The notes beneath the pieces were generated by a model. The model had not been told where the DNA came from and ran no database searches. It saw only the letters and a program-made list of their open reading frames with translations. From Armatimonadota bacterium (lineage in GTDB: Bacteria; Armatimonadota; UBA5829): a stretch of DNA of 64,000 nt. Below are positions 16,201 through 26,005 of the stretch, piece by piece; position 1 is the stretch's first letter; each line of letters opens with the position of its first letter. The stretch spans positions 3,867-67,866 of the forward strand of contig JAPLCU010000008.1 of the NCBI GenBank assembly GCA_026392045.1. The letters run 5' to 3'. Position numbers and translations under genes: made by a program.

Positions 16201-18990
16201 GGAATCCATTCCGGTGATCGGTTTTCGCAGGATTTTGTCCCATTTTTCCGGATAGCGCCTGATTACAACCAGTTCTTTGTCTGTGACGTGAAACACAACA
16301 AACTGCCTGGCAGAATCTCCGGTGAGCGAAGCGCCGACGTTTACCATGTCGATGCCATTCCACTTGTAATTACCGCCGCCGTGGGTGTGACCAAAGAGAA
16401 TGGCGATGACGTTATAGTTCTTGACCACATCATAAAATGCCTGATGCTCATCCTCGGTCCACCAGCCAGCGCCGCCGCCTTCGAGGCCGTAATGCATCTC
16501 GATCACAACGGGTCTGCCGCTCTTGCCAACATTCTTTTCCAGGTCTTCCTTTATAAAATCCATGCTATATATGGGGTCGTTTGGAATGACGATCTTCGAG
16601 ACCTGACCGGGGTAGATGTTTGCGCAGGCGAAATGAACCTTGCCCCAGTCCCATGAGTAATGAAAGCCATTTTTCGAGATTGCGGTGAGGTTCGGCCTGG
16701 ATGGGTTTCGCTTTTTCATCCCCTGTGCCACTATGTCAACGGTTCTGCCGTCGTGGTTGCCCCAGAGCTCATAGATGGGATATGCAAGGCTGGCATCACC
16801 GTTCAATCCATAGTCGGCTACGAACGCCTCCCACTCCTGCGGCTTGCCGTTGTTCGCAATATCGCCGGTCAGCAGAATACCGCGCGGGGTTGCGACATTT
16901 CCGCCGACTTCAGCGGGGTAAGCGGCGCCTGGGAAGGCATTCATTATTCTGATCAGGTCCTGATTTGCCTTGTGGCTATCGGGGCCGGTGTAATGCAGAT
17001 CGGAGATCGCATAGAATGTGACATCGGTGTCGGTGAGCTTGTCCTCGGTTCGGAATGACCACATGTCGCCGGTAGTGGCGTCCTTGGAGCCGTTTTGGCT
17101 GTCAATGCGCCATGTGTAGGTTTTTCCATAATCAAGCTTAATTGGAAGTTTGAACTCATGCGCATCTTTGCTTAGTGTTGCTTTGACGGGCTTGTCCCAG
17201 GTTTCCTTTGTTCCAAAATAGATGGTCTGCTCGGTTGCAAACTTGCCGGGTGACCAAGTCAGCGTGGAGGTGCTCACCTTAACCGCCGATACTTGGTTTC
17301 TGGGCGCGGATGTGGTTGCTTTGCCGCTGTCGGCGCTGAATCGCCAGATGTCGCCTTTATTGAGCACGGTGGTGTCGAAGGCTAGTTGATCTACTCGCCA
17401 GTAATATTTCTGACCGATTTTGAGCTTAATGGGGCCGATTTTTGGGCTGGGGAACGCGGGAACCCTGCAGTTACGTAATTCTGAAGAACTATCTGCTCCA
17501 GCAACTTCATCCGCGTCCGTGCCGAAATAGACATCACAGGAGTTTGTGGCCGCCAGGTTGCCGATTTCCCACGATAGTGTGGTCTGCAAAGTATCAAGAT
17601 CAGATCCAGCGGCGGGGCTCGGATTGAACGCGCCGAGCTGACCATTGTGTGTGCGGATTTCGAGCTGGCTCAGAGCGCAATCGTAAATGCAAAGCCGAGA
17701 GATTGCGCCATCGAATCCTGCGTACGGAATGCCTCTACCCTTTTGCCAGGCCGCGCCCAGGTTGATCGGGGCATTTGCTGGGATCGAAAGACCGCATTTT
17801 TGCTCGGAATCAAGTTCGCCGTCTACATATATACGCAGTGTTCCATCTTTGCTATAGGCGTAAGCAATCTGGTGCCAGAACTTCAGCGCAGGCGGAGTCT
17901 TGAACCCTGCGGTAATGCGCCCGGATGTGAGCGCGCCAGCTTTCATCTCTCTGCTGAGCCCCAGCCGCAGAATTTCTTCTGCCGATATACCTCCCAAGGA
18001 CAAGGCCGAGGTCAATGCGCCTCCCTGCGCGCCATCCTGAACCGTTCTCTCCCAAATCTCAATTGTGAATGAGCCGTTTGGCACACCCGAAGCCGATTGC
18101 AGCCACCCATCATTTGAAAATGAAACTGACTTGCGGCCGTCGACTGTCTCCACAAGCGGCGCATACTTGAGCTGACCGAAACTGCCGCCAAGTGTGCCAT
18201 TGTTTTTCCAGGTAGATAATGCCCCAGCGGGCAATTCCTTCGCGCTGAGGTCAACGAGCGCGGTTTTTGGTTTTGTGCTCCCAGAACCTGCCAGAAATGA
18301 AATCTCATCAACATTAAGGGCGTAGTCATACATCTGAACAGACTCAATCGCGCCGGAAAATAGTTTTTCGGAAGCGGCGGAGCCGAGGTAAATGGGTGCG
18401 CCGGGAGCTATATCGTTGGTTTTCTTTTCGGTCGAGTTAAGTTTGCCGTCAACGTAGACGTTCTCAACGCCATCGCCGTAGGTGACTGCGATCAGGTGCC
18501 ACTCGCCGGGCTTGGGCAGGCCGCCGTCGAATCCCATGTCGTTTTTGCCCCAGTGGGTGACCGCACCAAAATTCTCCGAGGAACCGTAGTTGATCTGGGC
18601 GGACTTGCCATCGCCAATACTCCTCGGAGCCCAGCAAATGAGGGCTTCTTCAGGTTCAATTTTCGGGTTTAGCGCCCAGATGGCTATCGTATACGCGCTG
18701 CTGCCGGTAATGGAGGCCGGTGCGGTGAAAGAGGATACAAACCGGTGCTTAAGTCCATCGAATGTGACTGCGTTTCGTCCGTCGATTTTTTCAACAACAG
18801 CCCCGCCAATAGGTACCACATCGAAGCTTCCGCCCAGCGTGCCCTTACTTTTCCAGGAAGACAATGGGCCATCCGAGAGCGCGGCGGCGTCAAGTTCAAT
18901 CAGCGCCGGAACATCAGTTGCGCAGGCAGGGATAACAAGCCCAGCTAGAATCAACAAGATTGACAGTAAGAGAGTTAAATTGCGTTTCAT
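16195..18990 (-). CDS. Secreted multidomain protein: 3x LamG-like lectin domains, 2x Ig/FN3-like domains, C-terminal calcineurin-like metallophosphoesterase
   Basis: Signal peptide MKRNLTLLLSILLILAGLVIPACA. LamG hallmarks: WHLIAVTYGDGVENVYVDGK and FSGAIESVQMYDYAL. Phosphoesterase motifs: ISDLHYTG, GDIANNG, WGNHD, GHTHGG. Confidence 0.8.
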   Translation of the reverse strand: MKRNLTLLLSILLILAGLVIPACATDVPALIELDAAALSDGPLSSWKSKGTLGGSFDVVPIGGAVVEKIDGRNAVTFDGLKHRFVSSFTAPASITGSSAYTIAIWALNPKIEPEEALICWAPRSIGDGKSAQINYGSSENFGAVTHWGKNDMGFDGGLPKPGEWHLIAVTYGDGVENVYVDGKLNSTEKKTNDIAPGAPIYLGSAASEKLFSGAIESVQMYDYALNVDEISFLAGSGSTKPKTALVDLSAKELPAGALSTWKNNGTLGGSFGQLKYAPLVETVDGRKSVSFSNDGWLQSASGVPNGSFTIEIWERTVQDGAQGGALTSALSLGGISAEEILRLGLSREMKAGALTSGRITAGFKTPPALKFWHQIAYAYSKDGTLRIYVDGELDSEQKCGLSIPANAPINLGAAWQKGRGIPYAGFDGAISRLCIYDCALSQLEIRTHNGQLGAFNPSPAAGSDLDTLQTTLSWEIGNLAATNSCDVYFGTDADEVAGADSSSELRNCRVPAFPSPKIGPIKLKIGQKYYWRVDQLAFDTTVLNKGDIWRFSADSGKATTSAPRNQVSAVKVSTSTLTWSPGKFATEQTIYFGTKETWDKPVKATLSKDAHEFKLPIKLDYGKTYTWRIDSQNGSKDATTGDMWSFRTEDKLTDTDVTFYAISDLHYTGPDSHKANQDLIRIMNAFPGAAYPAEVGGNVATPRGILLTGDIANNGKPQEWEAFVADYGLNGDASLAYPIYELWGNHDGRTVDIVAQGMKKRNPSRPNLTAISKNGFHYSWDWGKVHFACANIYPGQVSKIVIPNDPIYSMDFIKEDLEKNVGKSGRPVVIEMHYGLEGGGAGWWTEDEHQAFYDVVKNYNVIAILFGHTHGGGNYKWNGIDMVNVGASLTGDSARQFVVFHVTDKELVVIRRYPEKWDKILRKPITGMDSK

Positions 18991-19115
18991 GAGACCTCCA
19001 AAATCATAATCAAAATGGTGGTAAGGCCCACCTTAGTTCGTTTCGGGATTTCCGCTTTGCTCAAATCCCGAAACACCGATAGTCTGAGTATATTATTCAT
19101 AGACGACTTTGTCCT

Positions 19116-19301
19116 TTATTCACTCATTTTGAATGCGCACATAGGGCAAACATCCATGCACGCGCCGCAGTCTGTGCACTTTTCGGCATCAACAGTCGGC
19201 GCTTTGTTGCCGTCCTGCGAAAGCGCGCCTGTAGGGCATACTTTCACCGATGGGCAGGGGTGGTTTTGTGGGCATCTTGATTCGATTATTGTGACTGGCA
19301 T
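19116..19301 (-). CDS. 4Fe-4S ferredoxin-type small protein
   Basis: 61 aa containing CPSVKVCP and CTDCGACMDVCP cluster motifs. Confidence 0.8.
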   Translation of the reverse strand: MPVTIIESRCPQNHPCPSVKVCPTGALSQDGNKAPTVDAEKCTDCGACMDVCPMCAFKMSE

Positions 19302-19327
19302 CTTTTTGGTATCTCCTGCCTATTCTT

Positions 19328-19396
19328 TCCTGAACCACTGAGACACTGAATGGGATGAATTACTGAAACTAGGATTGTGAGCCTCGTTGCTATCCC
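19328..19396. repeat. 69-nt repeat, copy 1 (TCCTGAACCACTGAGACRCTGAA...AGCCTCGTTGYTATCCC)
   Basis: About 88% identical to 19615-19683. On the coding (minus) strand it ends ...CTCAGTGGTTCAGGA, followed about 22 nt further on by an AGGAG RBS and then the ferredoxin start. Confidence 0.85.
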
Positions 19397-19605
19397 TTAG
19401 ATTCTATCTGATTTGCAAGTCTTTTCTGAATTTTGTGCTGCTGAAGCGCACTGAGACCGACGAACCCTTCAGCGGACGCTTCAGCATTATCAACATATTG
19501 TGCATCTGTTAGATCTTCTAGCTCGCGAACCATCGCCTCGAAGACTTTTACCGGTAGGACAACGGCTGTCCGCCGTCCTTTGGAGTCAACTATGTATTTT
19601 GGCAT
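19390..19605 (-). CDS. Phd/YefM-like antitoxin-fold protein (orphan)
   Basis: The segment GRRTAVVLPVKVFEAMVRELEDLTDAQYV resembles the N-terminal antitoxin pattern. No adjacent toxin is recognised. Confidence 0.35.
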   Translation of the reverse strand: MPKYIVDSKGRRTAVVLPVKVFEAMVRELEDLTDAQYVDNAEASAEGFVGLSALQQHKIQKRLANQIESKG

Positions 19606-19614
19606 GCTTGAATC

Positions 19615-19683
19615 TCCTGAACCACTGAGACGCTGAACGGGATGAATTAATGAAACTAGGATTAAAAGCCTCGTTGTTATCCC
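19615..19683. repeat. 69-nt repeat, copy 2
   Basis: See 19328-19396. It lies between the GxxExxY stop and the start of 19390-19605. Confidence 0.85.
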
Positions 19684-19694
19684 ATAGGATATAT

Positions 19695-20087
19695 TTAGTT
19701 TGCTAGTCTTTTTATTTGTACTTTTGCGCTGCCGAAGTTGATTAGCAAGCCTACGCCATAACCGGATGCTTTTAGGTAAGATAGCGATTGGATTACATCG
19801 GTTGCGTCAAGAGTTCCCTTGGCTTTGATCTCGACCATGCAGTTTTCTACTACGAAATCAATGCGCTTCTTGCCAAGGGTCAATTCTTTATAGCGGACTT
19901 CAATATCAACTTCGCGCGTCGCTTCCATGCCCGCTGCCAAAAGCTCACGGTGCAGCGCGCGCTGGTAGAAGACCTCTTCAAAACCAGGGCCGAGCGATCT
20001 ATGCACTTCCATTGCGCAACTAATAATTCGTGACGTAAGCTCCGAAAGTGGATACTGTTTATCGATATGTTCAGTTACAGTCTTCAT
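19695..20087 (-). CDS. GxxExxY family protein (PD-(D/E)XK nuclease superfamily)
   Basis: Signature GPGFEEVFYQRAL plus IDFVVENCMVEIKA (D...ExK). Confidence 0.9.
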   Translation of the reverse strand: MKTVTEHIDKQYPLSELTSRIISCAMEVHRSLGPGFEEVFYQRALHRELLAAGMEATREVDIEVRYKELTLGKKRIDFVVENCMVEIKAKGTLDATDVIQSLSYLKASGYGVGLLINFGSAKVQIKRLAN

Positions 20088-20100
20088 CCCTTCATTCCCT

Positions 20101-20122
20101 TCAGTGTCTCAGTGGTTCAGGA
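20101..20122. repeat. 22-nt inverted partner (TCAGTGTCTCAGTGGTTCAGGA) of the 5' end of the 69-nt repeats
   Basis: Exact reverse complement of 19328-19349, with one mismatch against 19615-19636. Together they bracket the GxxExxY gene. Confidence 0.85.
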
Positions 20123-20132
20123 CGCTCCACTC

Positions 20133-21944
20133 CTACTTATCGTCCCCAATCTTAAGCACGCTCATGAATGCCTCTTGCGGCACATCTACGCTGCCGATGG
20201 ATTTCATCCGCTTTTTGCCCTCTTTTTGCTTTTCGAGGAGCTTGCGCTTTCGGGAGATGTCGCCGCCGTAGCATTTTGCTGTGACGTTCTTTCGGAACGC
20301 TTTTACGGTGGCTGCTGCTATTATTTTGGCGCCAAGCGCGGCCTGAACTCGCACTTCGAATTGCTGGCGCGGGATGACGTCTCGCAGCTTTTCAACCAAT
20401 ACCTTCGCGCGGGAATATGCGCGGTCGCGGTGGGTGATGAACGATAGCGCGTCCACGCTCTCGCCGTTGAGCAATACATTGAGCTTGGACACTGTAGATC
20501 TTTCGTAATCGGCAAACTCATAATCGAATGACGCATATCCGCGCGTGCGGCTCTTGAGCGAATCGAAGAAGTCCATCAGAATCTCCGCCAGCGGCAGCCT
20601 GTATTTGATCAATATACGGTTAGGCGCGGGGTGCTCCATGTCCTGATAGATACCCCGTCTCTCACGGCAGAGTTCTATCGAAACGCCCACATATTCGTCC
20701 GGAACCATAATCGTTGCGTCCACATACGGCTCTTCCACATAATCAATAAAGTTCGGCTCCGGCAGATCATTTGGGTTATCCACCTCAATTGTCTCGCCGT
20801 CTGATTTGATCACTCTATAGATTACGCTTGGGGCTGTGGCAATCAGGGTGAGGTCGAACTCGCGCTCGAGCCTTTCCTGCACAACGTCCATGTGCAGCAG
20901 CCCAAGGAATCCGCACCTGAACCCAAACCCAAGCGCCAGCGAGCTTTCAGGCTCATAAACCAGCGCGGCGTCATTTAGCTGCAGCTTCTGAAGCGCATCG
21001 CGCAGGGCGGTGTATTGCTGAGCTTCTATCGGGAAAAGACCGCAGAAAACCATCGGGTGAACGTCGCGATAGCCCGGAAGCGGATGCGCGGCGGGCCTGC
21101 TGGCATCTGTGAGAGTATCGCCAACGCGGGTGTCGCCGACGTTTTTCATACTTGCGGTGAAGTATCCGACCTCGCCCGCGCCGAGGCTGTTTGTGCCTTC
21201 CATTTTCGGCCTGAACACCCCGACGCCGTTGACCTCGAAGTCTTTGTCCGATGACATCATTCTGATCTTCATACCGAGTTTGATCTCGCCGTCCATCACG
21301 CGTACGTATGCAACAACGCCCAGGTATTGGTCGAAATGCGAATCAAAAATCAGCGCTCGCAGGGGAGCCTTGGGATCACCAGACGGAGGCGGAATTCTAT
21401 TGATAACAGCTTCCAGAACCTCGTGAGTGCCGATGCCTTCCTTGGCGCTCGTGAGAATGGCATCGGAGGCGTCAACCGCCACCACATTCTCGATTTCCTC
21501 CCGTACGCGCTCAGGGTCTGCGCGGTCCATATCTATCTTATTGATGACCGGGATGATTTCAAGGTTATGCGCCATCGCCAGATTGGTGTTAGCAAGCGTC
21601 TGCGCTTCCACCCCCTGGCACGCGTCAACAACCAGCAGCGCGCCCTCGCACGCCGCAAGTGACCGTGATACCTCATAACTGAAATCCACATGCCCGGGGG
21701 TGTCGATGAGGTTTAGCTCATAGGTTTCGCCATCATCGGCCTTATAAGCCAGGCGCACGGCGGTCATTTTAATCGTGATGCCGCGCTCACGCTCGATGTC
21801 CATTCCATCCAGCAACTGGGCTTTCATATTCTTAGGGTCAACAGCGCCCGTGTGCTCCAGTATGCGGTCAGCCAGGGTAGACTTGCCATGGTCGATGTGG
21901 GCGATGATGCAAAAATTGCGTATGTTACTCTGTGTCTTATCCAT
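20133..21944 (-). CDS. lepA: Elongation factor 4 (translational GTPase LepA)
   Basis: [30 protein letters not shown] and the LepA-specific C-terminal domain ending [14 protein letters not shown]. Confidence 0.97.
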   Translation of the reverse strand: MDKTQSNIRNFCIIAHIDHGKSTLADRILEHTGAVDPKNMKAQLLDGMDIERERGITIKMTAVRLAYKADDGETYELNLIDTPGHVDFSYEVSRSLAACEGALLVVDACQGVEAQTLANTNLAMAHNLEIIPVINKIDMDRADPERVREEIENVVAVDASDAILTSAKEGIGTHEVLEAVINRIPPPSGDPKAPLRALIFDSHFDQYLGVVAYVRVMDGEIKLGMKIRMMSSDKDFEVNGVGVFRPKMEGTNSLGAGEVGYFTASMKNVGDTRVGDTLTDASRPAAHPLPGYRDVHPMVFCGLFPIEAQQYTALRDALQKLQLNDAALVYEPESSLALGFGFRCGFLGLLHMDVVQERLEREFDLTLIATAPSVIYRVIKSDGETIEVDNPNDLPEPNFIDYVEEPYVDATIMVPDEYVGVSIELCRERRGIYQDMEHPAPNRILIKYRLPLAEILMDFFDSLKSRTRGYASFDYEFADYERSTVSKLNVLLNGESVDALSFITHRDRAYSRAKVLVEKLRDVIPRQQFEVRVQAALGAKIIAAATVKAFRKNVTAKCYGGDISRKRKLLEKQKEGKKRMKSIGSVDVPQEAFMSVLKIGDDK

Positions 21945-21984
21945 TACCTCTATTTTAGCAGAATTGGAGGGGGGAGGGAAGGGA

Positions 21985-22040
21985 GGTGTTAGGTGTTGGG
22001 GGGATAGGAAGGGAGGTGTTGGGTGTTAGGTGTTGGGTGG
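21985..22040. repeat. Heptamer-type array (GTGTTRG) interspersed with GGAAGGGAGG
   Basis: Reads ggtgttaggtgttgggggg...ggtgttgggtgttaggtgttgggtgg. Confidence 0.75.
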
Positions 22041-22397
22041 AAGGGGTGAGCTTGAGTTGTGAAGCACGGTTAATAGGACGAGACGTGAGAGAGAGTTGAA
22101 AGGTGAGTTTGCGGATCGGATATCCGCAGAACGTGCGTCGGGGAACGGATTTCCCCGACGATCACGCCTAACGTCCGTTCGGGCAGATTTGCAATCCAGC
22201 CCCTAAGTGGCCATTTGGGATCTGCGATCCCCTGTTGCGCCTTATCATGCAGAGGCCCCGCTTCGCCATCCTGAGGTGACTCGAAGGATGAGCAGCATGC
22301 AAAACCCCCAAAATTATCACCAGGCATCCCGAGGGGGCAATGGCGCAGCATTACCTGGTACAATTACCAGGTTTTCAATAATATTTTCAAATACCCA

Positions 22398-22426
22398 TTG
22401 ACAAACCCTCAGAATTAATACATTAT
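22398..22426 (+). promoter_or_regulatory. Candidate sigma-70-type promoter for 22518-23468
   Basis: TTGACA-N17-CATTAT about 90 nt upstream of the ATG. The -10 element is weak. Confidence 0.3.
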
Positions 22427-22517
22427 GATAGTGATTGCTTGATTGCAATATATTTTGGCTAAAAAGTGGGCGATAGAAACCGCGGGAGCCAAACCACAAA
22501 AAAGGAAGGTAGAAAAG

Positions 22518-23468
22518 ATGAATAAAACACTGCTATGCACGGCAGCCATCGCGCTGCTGAGCTTGGGCGGAATCGCTCAGGCGAACATCACCATCGAAAC
22601 TGTTGCTATAGGCAACGCAGGCAACGCGGCGGACCCCTATACTGGTTCCCTCTACGGCTCAGTGGGCTACAACTACAACATAGGCAAGTATGAAGTCACC
22701 GCGGGGCAGTATACGGCGTTTCTTAACGCCAAGGCAAATGTATCCGACGCCTACGGACTCTACAACGCCGACATGTGGAACAGTTCGTACGGCTGCAAAA
22801 TTCAGCAAACCAGCGTTACAGGCGGCTACAGCTACGCTGTGGATAGCGCCTTTGCCAACAGACCAGTAAACTGCGTAAGCTTCTGGGATGCCTGCCGTTT
22901 CACTAACTGGCTTGGTAACGGCCAGGGTAATAATTCTACCGAGACAGGCGCATACACTCTAAACAACTACAACGGGCCTCTTGGCGGCAATATCCAGCGC
23001 AACTCCGGATGGACTTATGCAGTGACAAGTGAAGATGAGTGGTATAAGGCTGCTTATTACAAAAATGGCGGTTATTCCCTGTATGCTAATGGCACAAGCG
23101 TTGCGCCGGGTGTGGAGACCGATTCTAACTACGGTGGAATAGGTGGCATATATTCAACTACCTGGGACGGAACAATCCATGGCGCTTTGGAGCAGAATGG
23201 CACTAAAGACATGATGGGCAACGTTTTTGAGTGGAACGAGGCTATTCCTTACCAGAACGCAAATTACGCTTCTCGCGGCCTGCGGGGCGGTTCGTTCCTC
23301 TACAATAGCTACTACCTCCAGTCGTCCTCCCGCGACATCTACGGCTACCCGTACGACGAGATCAACTATCTCGGGTTCCGAGTGTCTGAAGTTCCCGAGC
23401 CGTCCTCAATTATAGCTTTGCTTGGCGGTTTGGCAGGACTTATCGGGATAAGACGGCGTAAGGCATAG
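22518..23468 (+). CDS. FGE-sulfatase (SUMF1/C-type-lectin fold)-like protein with PEP-CTERM sorting signal
   Basis: Signal peptide. GKYEVTAGQYTAFLN, RPVNCVSFWDACRFTNW, GNVFEWNE, RGGSF and GFRV are present. C-terminus is VPEPSSIIALLGGLAGLIGIRRRKA. Confidence 0.8.
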   Translation: MNKTLLCTAAIALLSLGGIAQANITIETVAIGNAGNAADPYTGSLYGSVGYNYNIGKYEVTAGQYTAFLNAKANVSDAYGLYNADMWNSSYGCKIQQTSVTGGYSYAVDSAFANRPVNCVSFWDACRFTNWLGNGQGNNSTETGAYTLNNYNGPLGGNIQRNSGWTYAVTSEDEWYKAAYYKNGGYSLYANGTSVAPGVETDSNYGGIGGIYSTTWDGTIHGALEQNGTKDMMGNVFEWNEAIPYQNANYASRGLRGGSFLYNSYYLQSSSRDIYGYPYDEINYLGFRVSEVPEPSSIIALLGGLAGLIGIRRRKA

Positions 23469-23515
23469 TCACAACACTTTAAAATGACTCCGAAGAGAGT
23501 CGGAAGGAAAAGGTA

Positions 23516-24538
23516 ATGTTAAAAACAATTATGGCGGCGGTTGCCGCCCTGTTCGCGCTCGTAGTTCCTGCACAAGCTGCCGAATATACCACAAGAGCGA
23601 TTGTGACCCCTGAATACAGCGATGGCGCCACTGCTATAAATTCCATTGGACAAGTAATTTACAATTCCGAAGGAACGAACAGCGGCGCTACTCTCTGGTC
23701 AAATGGAACATCAATTCGAATCCCTTTAACAGGTAGCTGGAAGACTGCGAATGACATCAATAATTCAGGTCAAATTGTTGGGCAGCAGGGATACAAAGCA
23801 TTTTCATACCAAAACGGCACAGTTACTCAGTTGTCTTGCCCGTATTATCAGTCTCTAGCTTGGGGCATAAACGCAACAGGGCTTATAACAGGATATGCAA
23901 ATACCGGTTATGGACAGGAAATTCCATGTATCTGGGAGAGCGGGGTGTTTAAGCCACTTAACTTACTTACGGCAAAAAGCGGTATCGGCTACGATGTGGA
24001 CGATTCAAACAAAGTGGTGGGCAAGCTTATCTACGCTAATGGCAACGAAAGTGCCGTGGTTTGGGAAAATAACGTCGCAACCTTGCTCTCGGTTCCCGTC
24101 GAAGTTACACGTTCACAGGCTGTTGCCATAAATAAAAATGGGACCATCTGTGGCTCTGCGTCATGGAACTCTAAAACTCATGCTGTCATTTGGAGAAACG
24201 GGGTAATGATAGACCTTGGCATCTTTGCGGGAAATCTTTCGAGCTCTTACGATATCAATGATTTCGACCAAGTAGTTGGATGCTCTACTGATGCCTCTGG
24301 ATATCAAATGCCGTTTATCTGGGACAATGGTGTCCTGAAGAAACTCCCTGTTCTTGCCGGACTCCATCATGGAGAGGCACAAGGTATAAACAATAGTGGT
24401 CAGATAGTCGGTTATTGTGCATTACAAAATGGACGTAGCACAGCGGTTCTTTGGGAAGCAGTCCCCGAACCCTCCTCAATTATCGCTTTGCTTGGCGCTT
24501 TGGCAGGACTTATCGAGCTAAGACGGCGTAAGGCATAG
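23516..24538 (+). CDS. HAF-type extracellular repeat protein with PEP-CTERM sorting signal
   Basis: Seven IN(N/K)xGQ(I/V)VG-like repeats. C-terminus is VPEPSSIIALLGALAGLIELRRRKA. Confidence 0.75.
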   Translation: MLKTIMAAVAALFALVVPAQAAEYTTRAIVTPEYSDGATAINSIGQVIYNSEGTNSGATLWSNGTSIRIPLTGSWKTANDINNSGQIVGQQGYKAFSYQNGTVTQLSCPYYQSLAWGINATGLITGYANTGYGQEIPCIWESGVFKPLNLLTAKSGIGYDVDDSNKVVGKLIYANGNESAVVWENNVATLLSVPVEVTRSQAVAINKNGTICGSASWNSKTHAVIWRNGVMIDLGIFAGNLSSSYDINDFDQVVGCSTDASGYQMPFIWDNGVLKKLPVLAGLHHGEAQGINNSGQIVGYCALQNGRSTAVLWEAVPEPSSIIALLGALAGLIELRRRKA

Positions 24539-24561
24539 CCCTTTATACTTTTGCCCTTTCT

Positions 24562-24599
24562 GCCCGCCTCAGCAAAAGCTAAGGCGGGCTTTACTCTTT
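24562..24599 (+). terminator. Intrinsic terminator
   Basis: GCCCGCCT-CAGCAAAAGCTA-AGGCGGGC followed by TTTACTCTTT. Confidence 0.6.
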
Positions 24600-24722
24600 G
24601 ACTGTCGACTGTTGACTTCCCCGACAGACTTCCCCGACCCTCCCTATTGACTATCGCCGCCTCTCGCGCCATAATTACATGGCAATCGGGTTGCTATACT
24701 TTTAGCGCCTCTGGAGGACACA

Positions 24723-25925
24723 ATGGACAAAAAACTTATTTACCTCGACCACGCGGCGACCACGCCGATGGATCCGCTGGTTTTGGAGGCGATTATGCCT
24801 TATCTGACTGATCAGTTTGGCAATGCGTCTTCGCTATATTCGCTGGGTAGAACTAATCGCGAGGCTGTTGAGGAAGCACGGGCGCATGTCGCTCGGCTTT
24901 TGAATGCCAAAACCGAAGAGATATATTTCACCAGCGGCGGCAGTGAATCGGATAACTGGGCGATTTACGGCGTTGCCAAGGCCAGGCAGGCGAAAGGCAA
25001 CCATATTATTACCACCAAAATCGAGCATCATGCTGTGCTTGAGCCGTGCCATGCGCTGGAGAAGATGGGCTATGAGGTCACTTATGTGCCTGTGGATGCG
25101 AATGGCTTGGTGAGCGTTGAAGATGTCGCAAACGCTATCACCGAGAAGACTATTCTAATAAGCGTGATGCATGCAAATAACGAAGTCGGCACCATCGAGC
25201 CTGTTGAGGAAATCGGAAAGATTGCCAAGGAAAAGGGCATTCATTTCCACGTAGATGCCGTGCAGACCGTTGGTCATATTCCGGTGGATGTTAATGCCAT
25301 CAACTGCGATTCGCTGGCGCTTTCCGCTCATAAGTTTTACGGGCCGAAGGGCGTTGGCGCCATATATATAAGGAAGGGCGCGCGAGTTTCGCCGTTCATC
25401 ATAGGCGGAGGTCAGGAGGGCAGCAAGAGAGCGGGGACCTACAACGTGCCGGGGATAGTGGGCATGGGCAAAGCGGCAGAGCTTGCGCTCAAGCGAATGG
25501 CCGACGAAGCCACGGTCACAACTAAGCTCCGCGACCAGCTTATGGCCGGAATTATCGCCAAAATCCCCGATATTAAGCTCAATGGCGACCCCGTGAAGAG
25601 GCTTCCCAATAACGTAAACTTCTCGTTTGCGGGCGTTGAGGGGGAATCTATGATACTGCTCTTGGATATGCAGGGCGTGTGTTCGTCGTCGGGTTCTGCA
25701 TGTACATCGGGTTCGCTGGACCCGTCGCATGTCCTCCTCGCGATGGGTCTCTCACATGAAACTTCCCACGGTTCGCTGAGATTGACCCTCGGCAAGGATA
25801 TCACAGAGGATGACATACAATTTGTGCTGGATACCCTTCCTGGAATCATCACGAGGCTGCGGGATATGTCGCCCATATATTCCGCTGGTGAAGGCTGCGA
25901 CTGCGGGCCAGGCGGGTGCGGGTAG
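24723..25925 (+). CDS. nifS: Cysteine desulfurase (NifS/IscS class I)
   Basis: IYLDHAATTP, SAHKFYGPKGVGAIYIR (PLP lysine) and SSGSACTSG (catalytic Cys loop). Confidence 0.92.
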   Translation: MDKKLIYLDHAATTPMDPLVLEAIMPYLTDQFGNASSLYSLGRTNREAVEEARAHVARLLNAKTEEIYFTSGGSESDNWAIYGVAKARQAKGNHIITTKIEHHAVLEPCHALEKMGYEVTYVPVDANGLVSVEDVANAITEKTILISVMHANNEVGTIEPVEEIGKIAKEKGIHFHVDAVQTVGHIPVDVNAINCDSLALSAHKFYGPKGVGAIYIRKGARVSPFIIGGGQEGSKRAGTYNVPGIVGMGKAAELALKRMADEATVTTKLRDQLMAGIIAKIPDIKLNGDPVKRLPNNVNFSFAGVEGESMILLLDMQGVCSSSGSACTSGSLDPSHVLLAMGLSHETSHGSLRLTLGKDITEDDIQFVLDTLPGIITRLRDMSPIYSAGEGCDCGPGGCG

Positions 25926-26005
25926 TTTTCGCGCTTCGCGCAATTATGAATGCTGAATTATGAATTATGAATGGGGCGTGGCTTGGACCGATGGGGTTTT
26001 TGAAA

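Noticed and set aside
19390-20087. Phd-like protein plus GxxExxY protein as a toxin-antitoxin pair
   Set aside because: The genes are separated by ~90 nt containing a repeat. The order and spacing are atypical, and GxxExxY proteins are not known toxins. The antitoxin call itself is weak.
22070-22363. ORF 22070-22363 and ORF 61624-61872 as real small genes
   Set aside because: Both read through dispersed repeat modules (element E, hairpins, tandem arrays). The shared CCSSFES-type peptide is a by-product of the repeated DNA.
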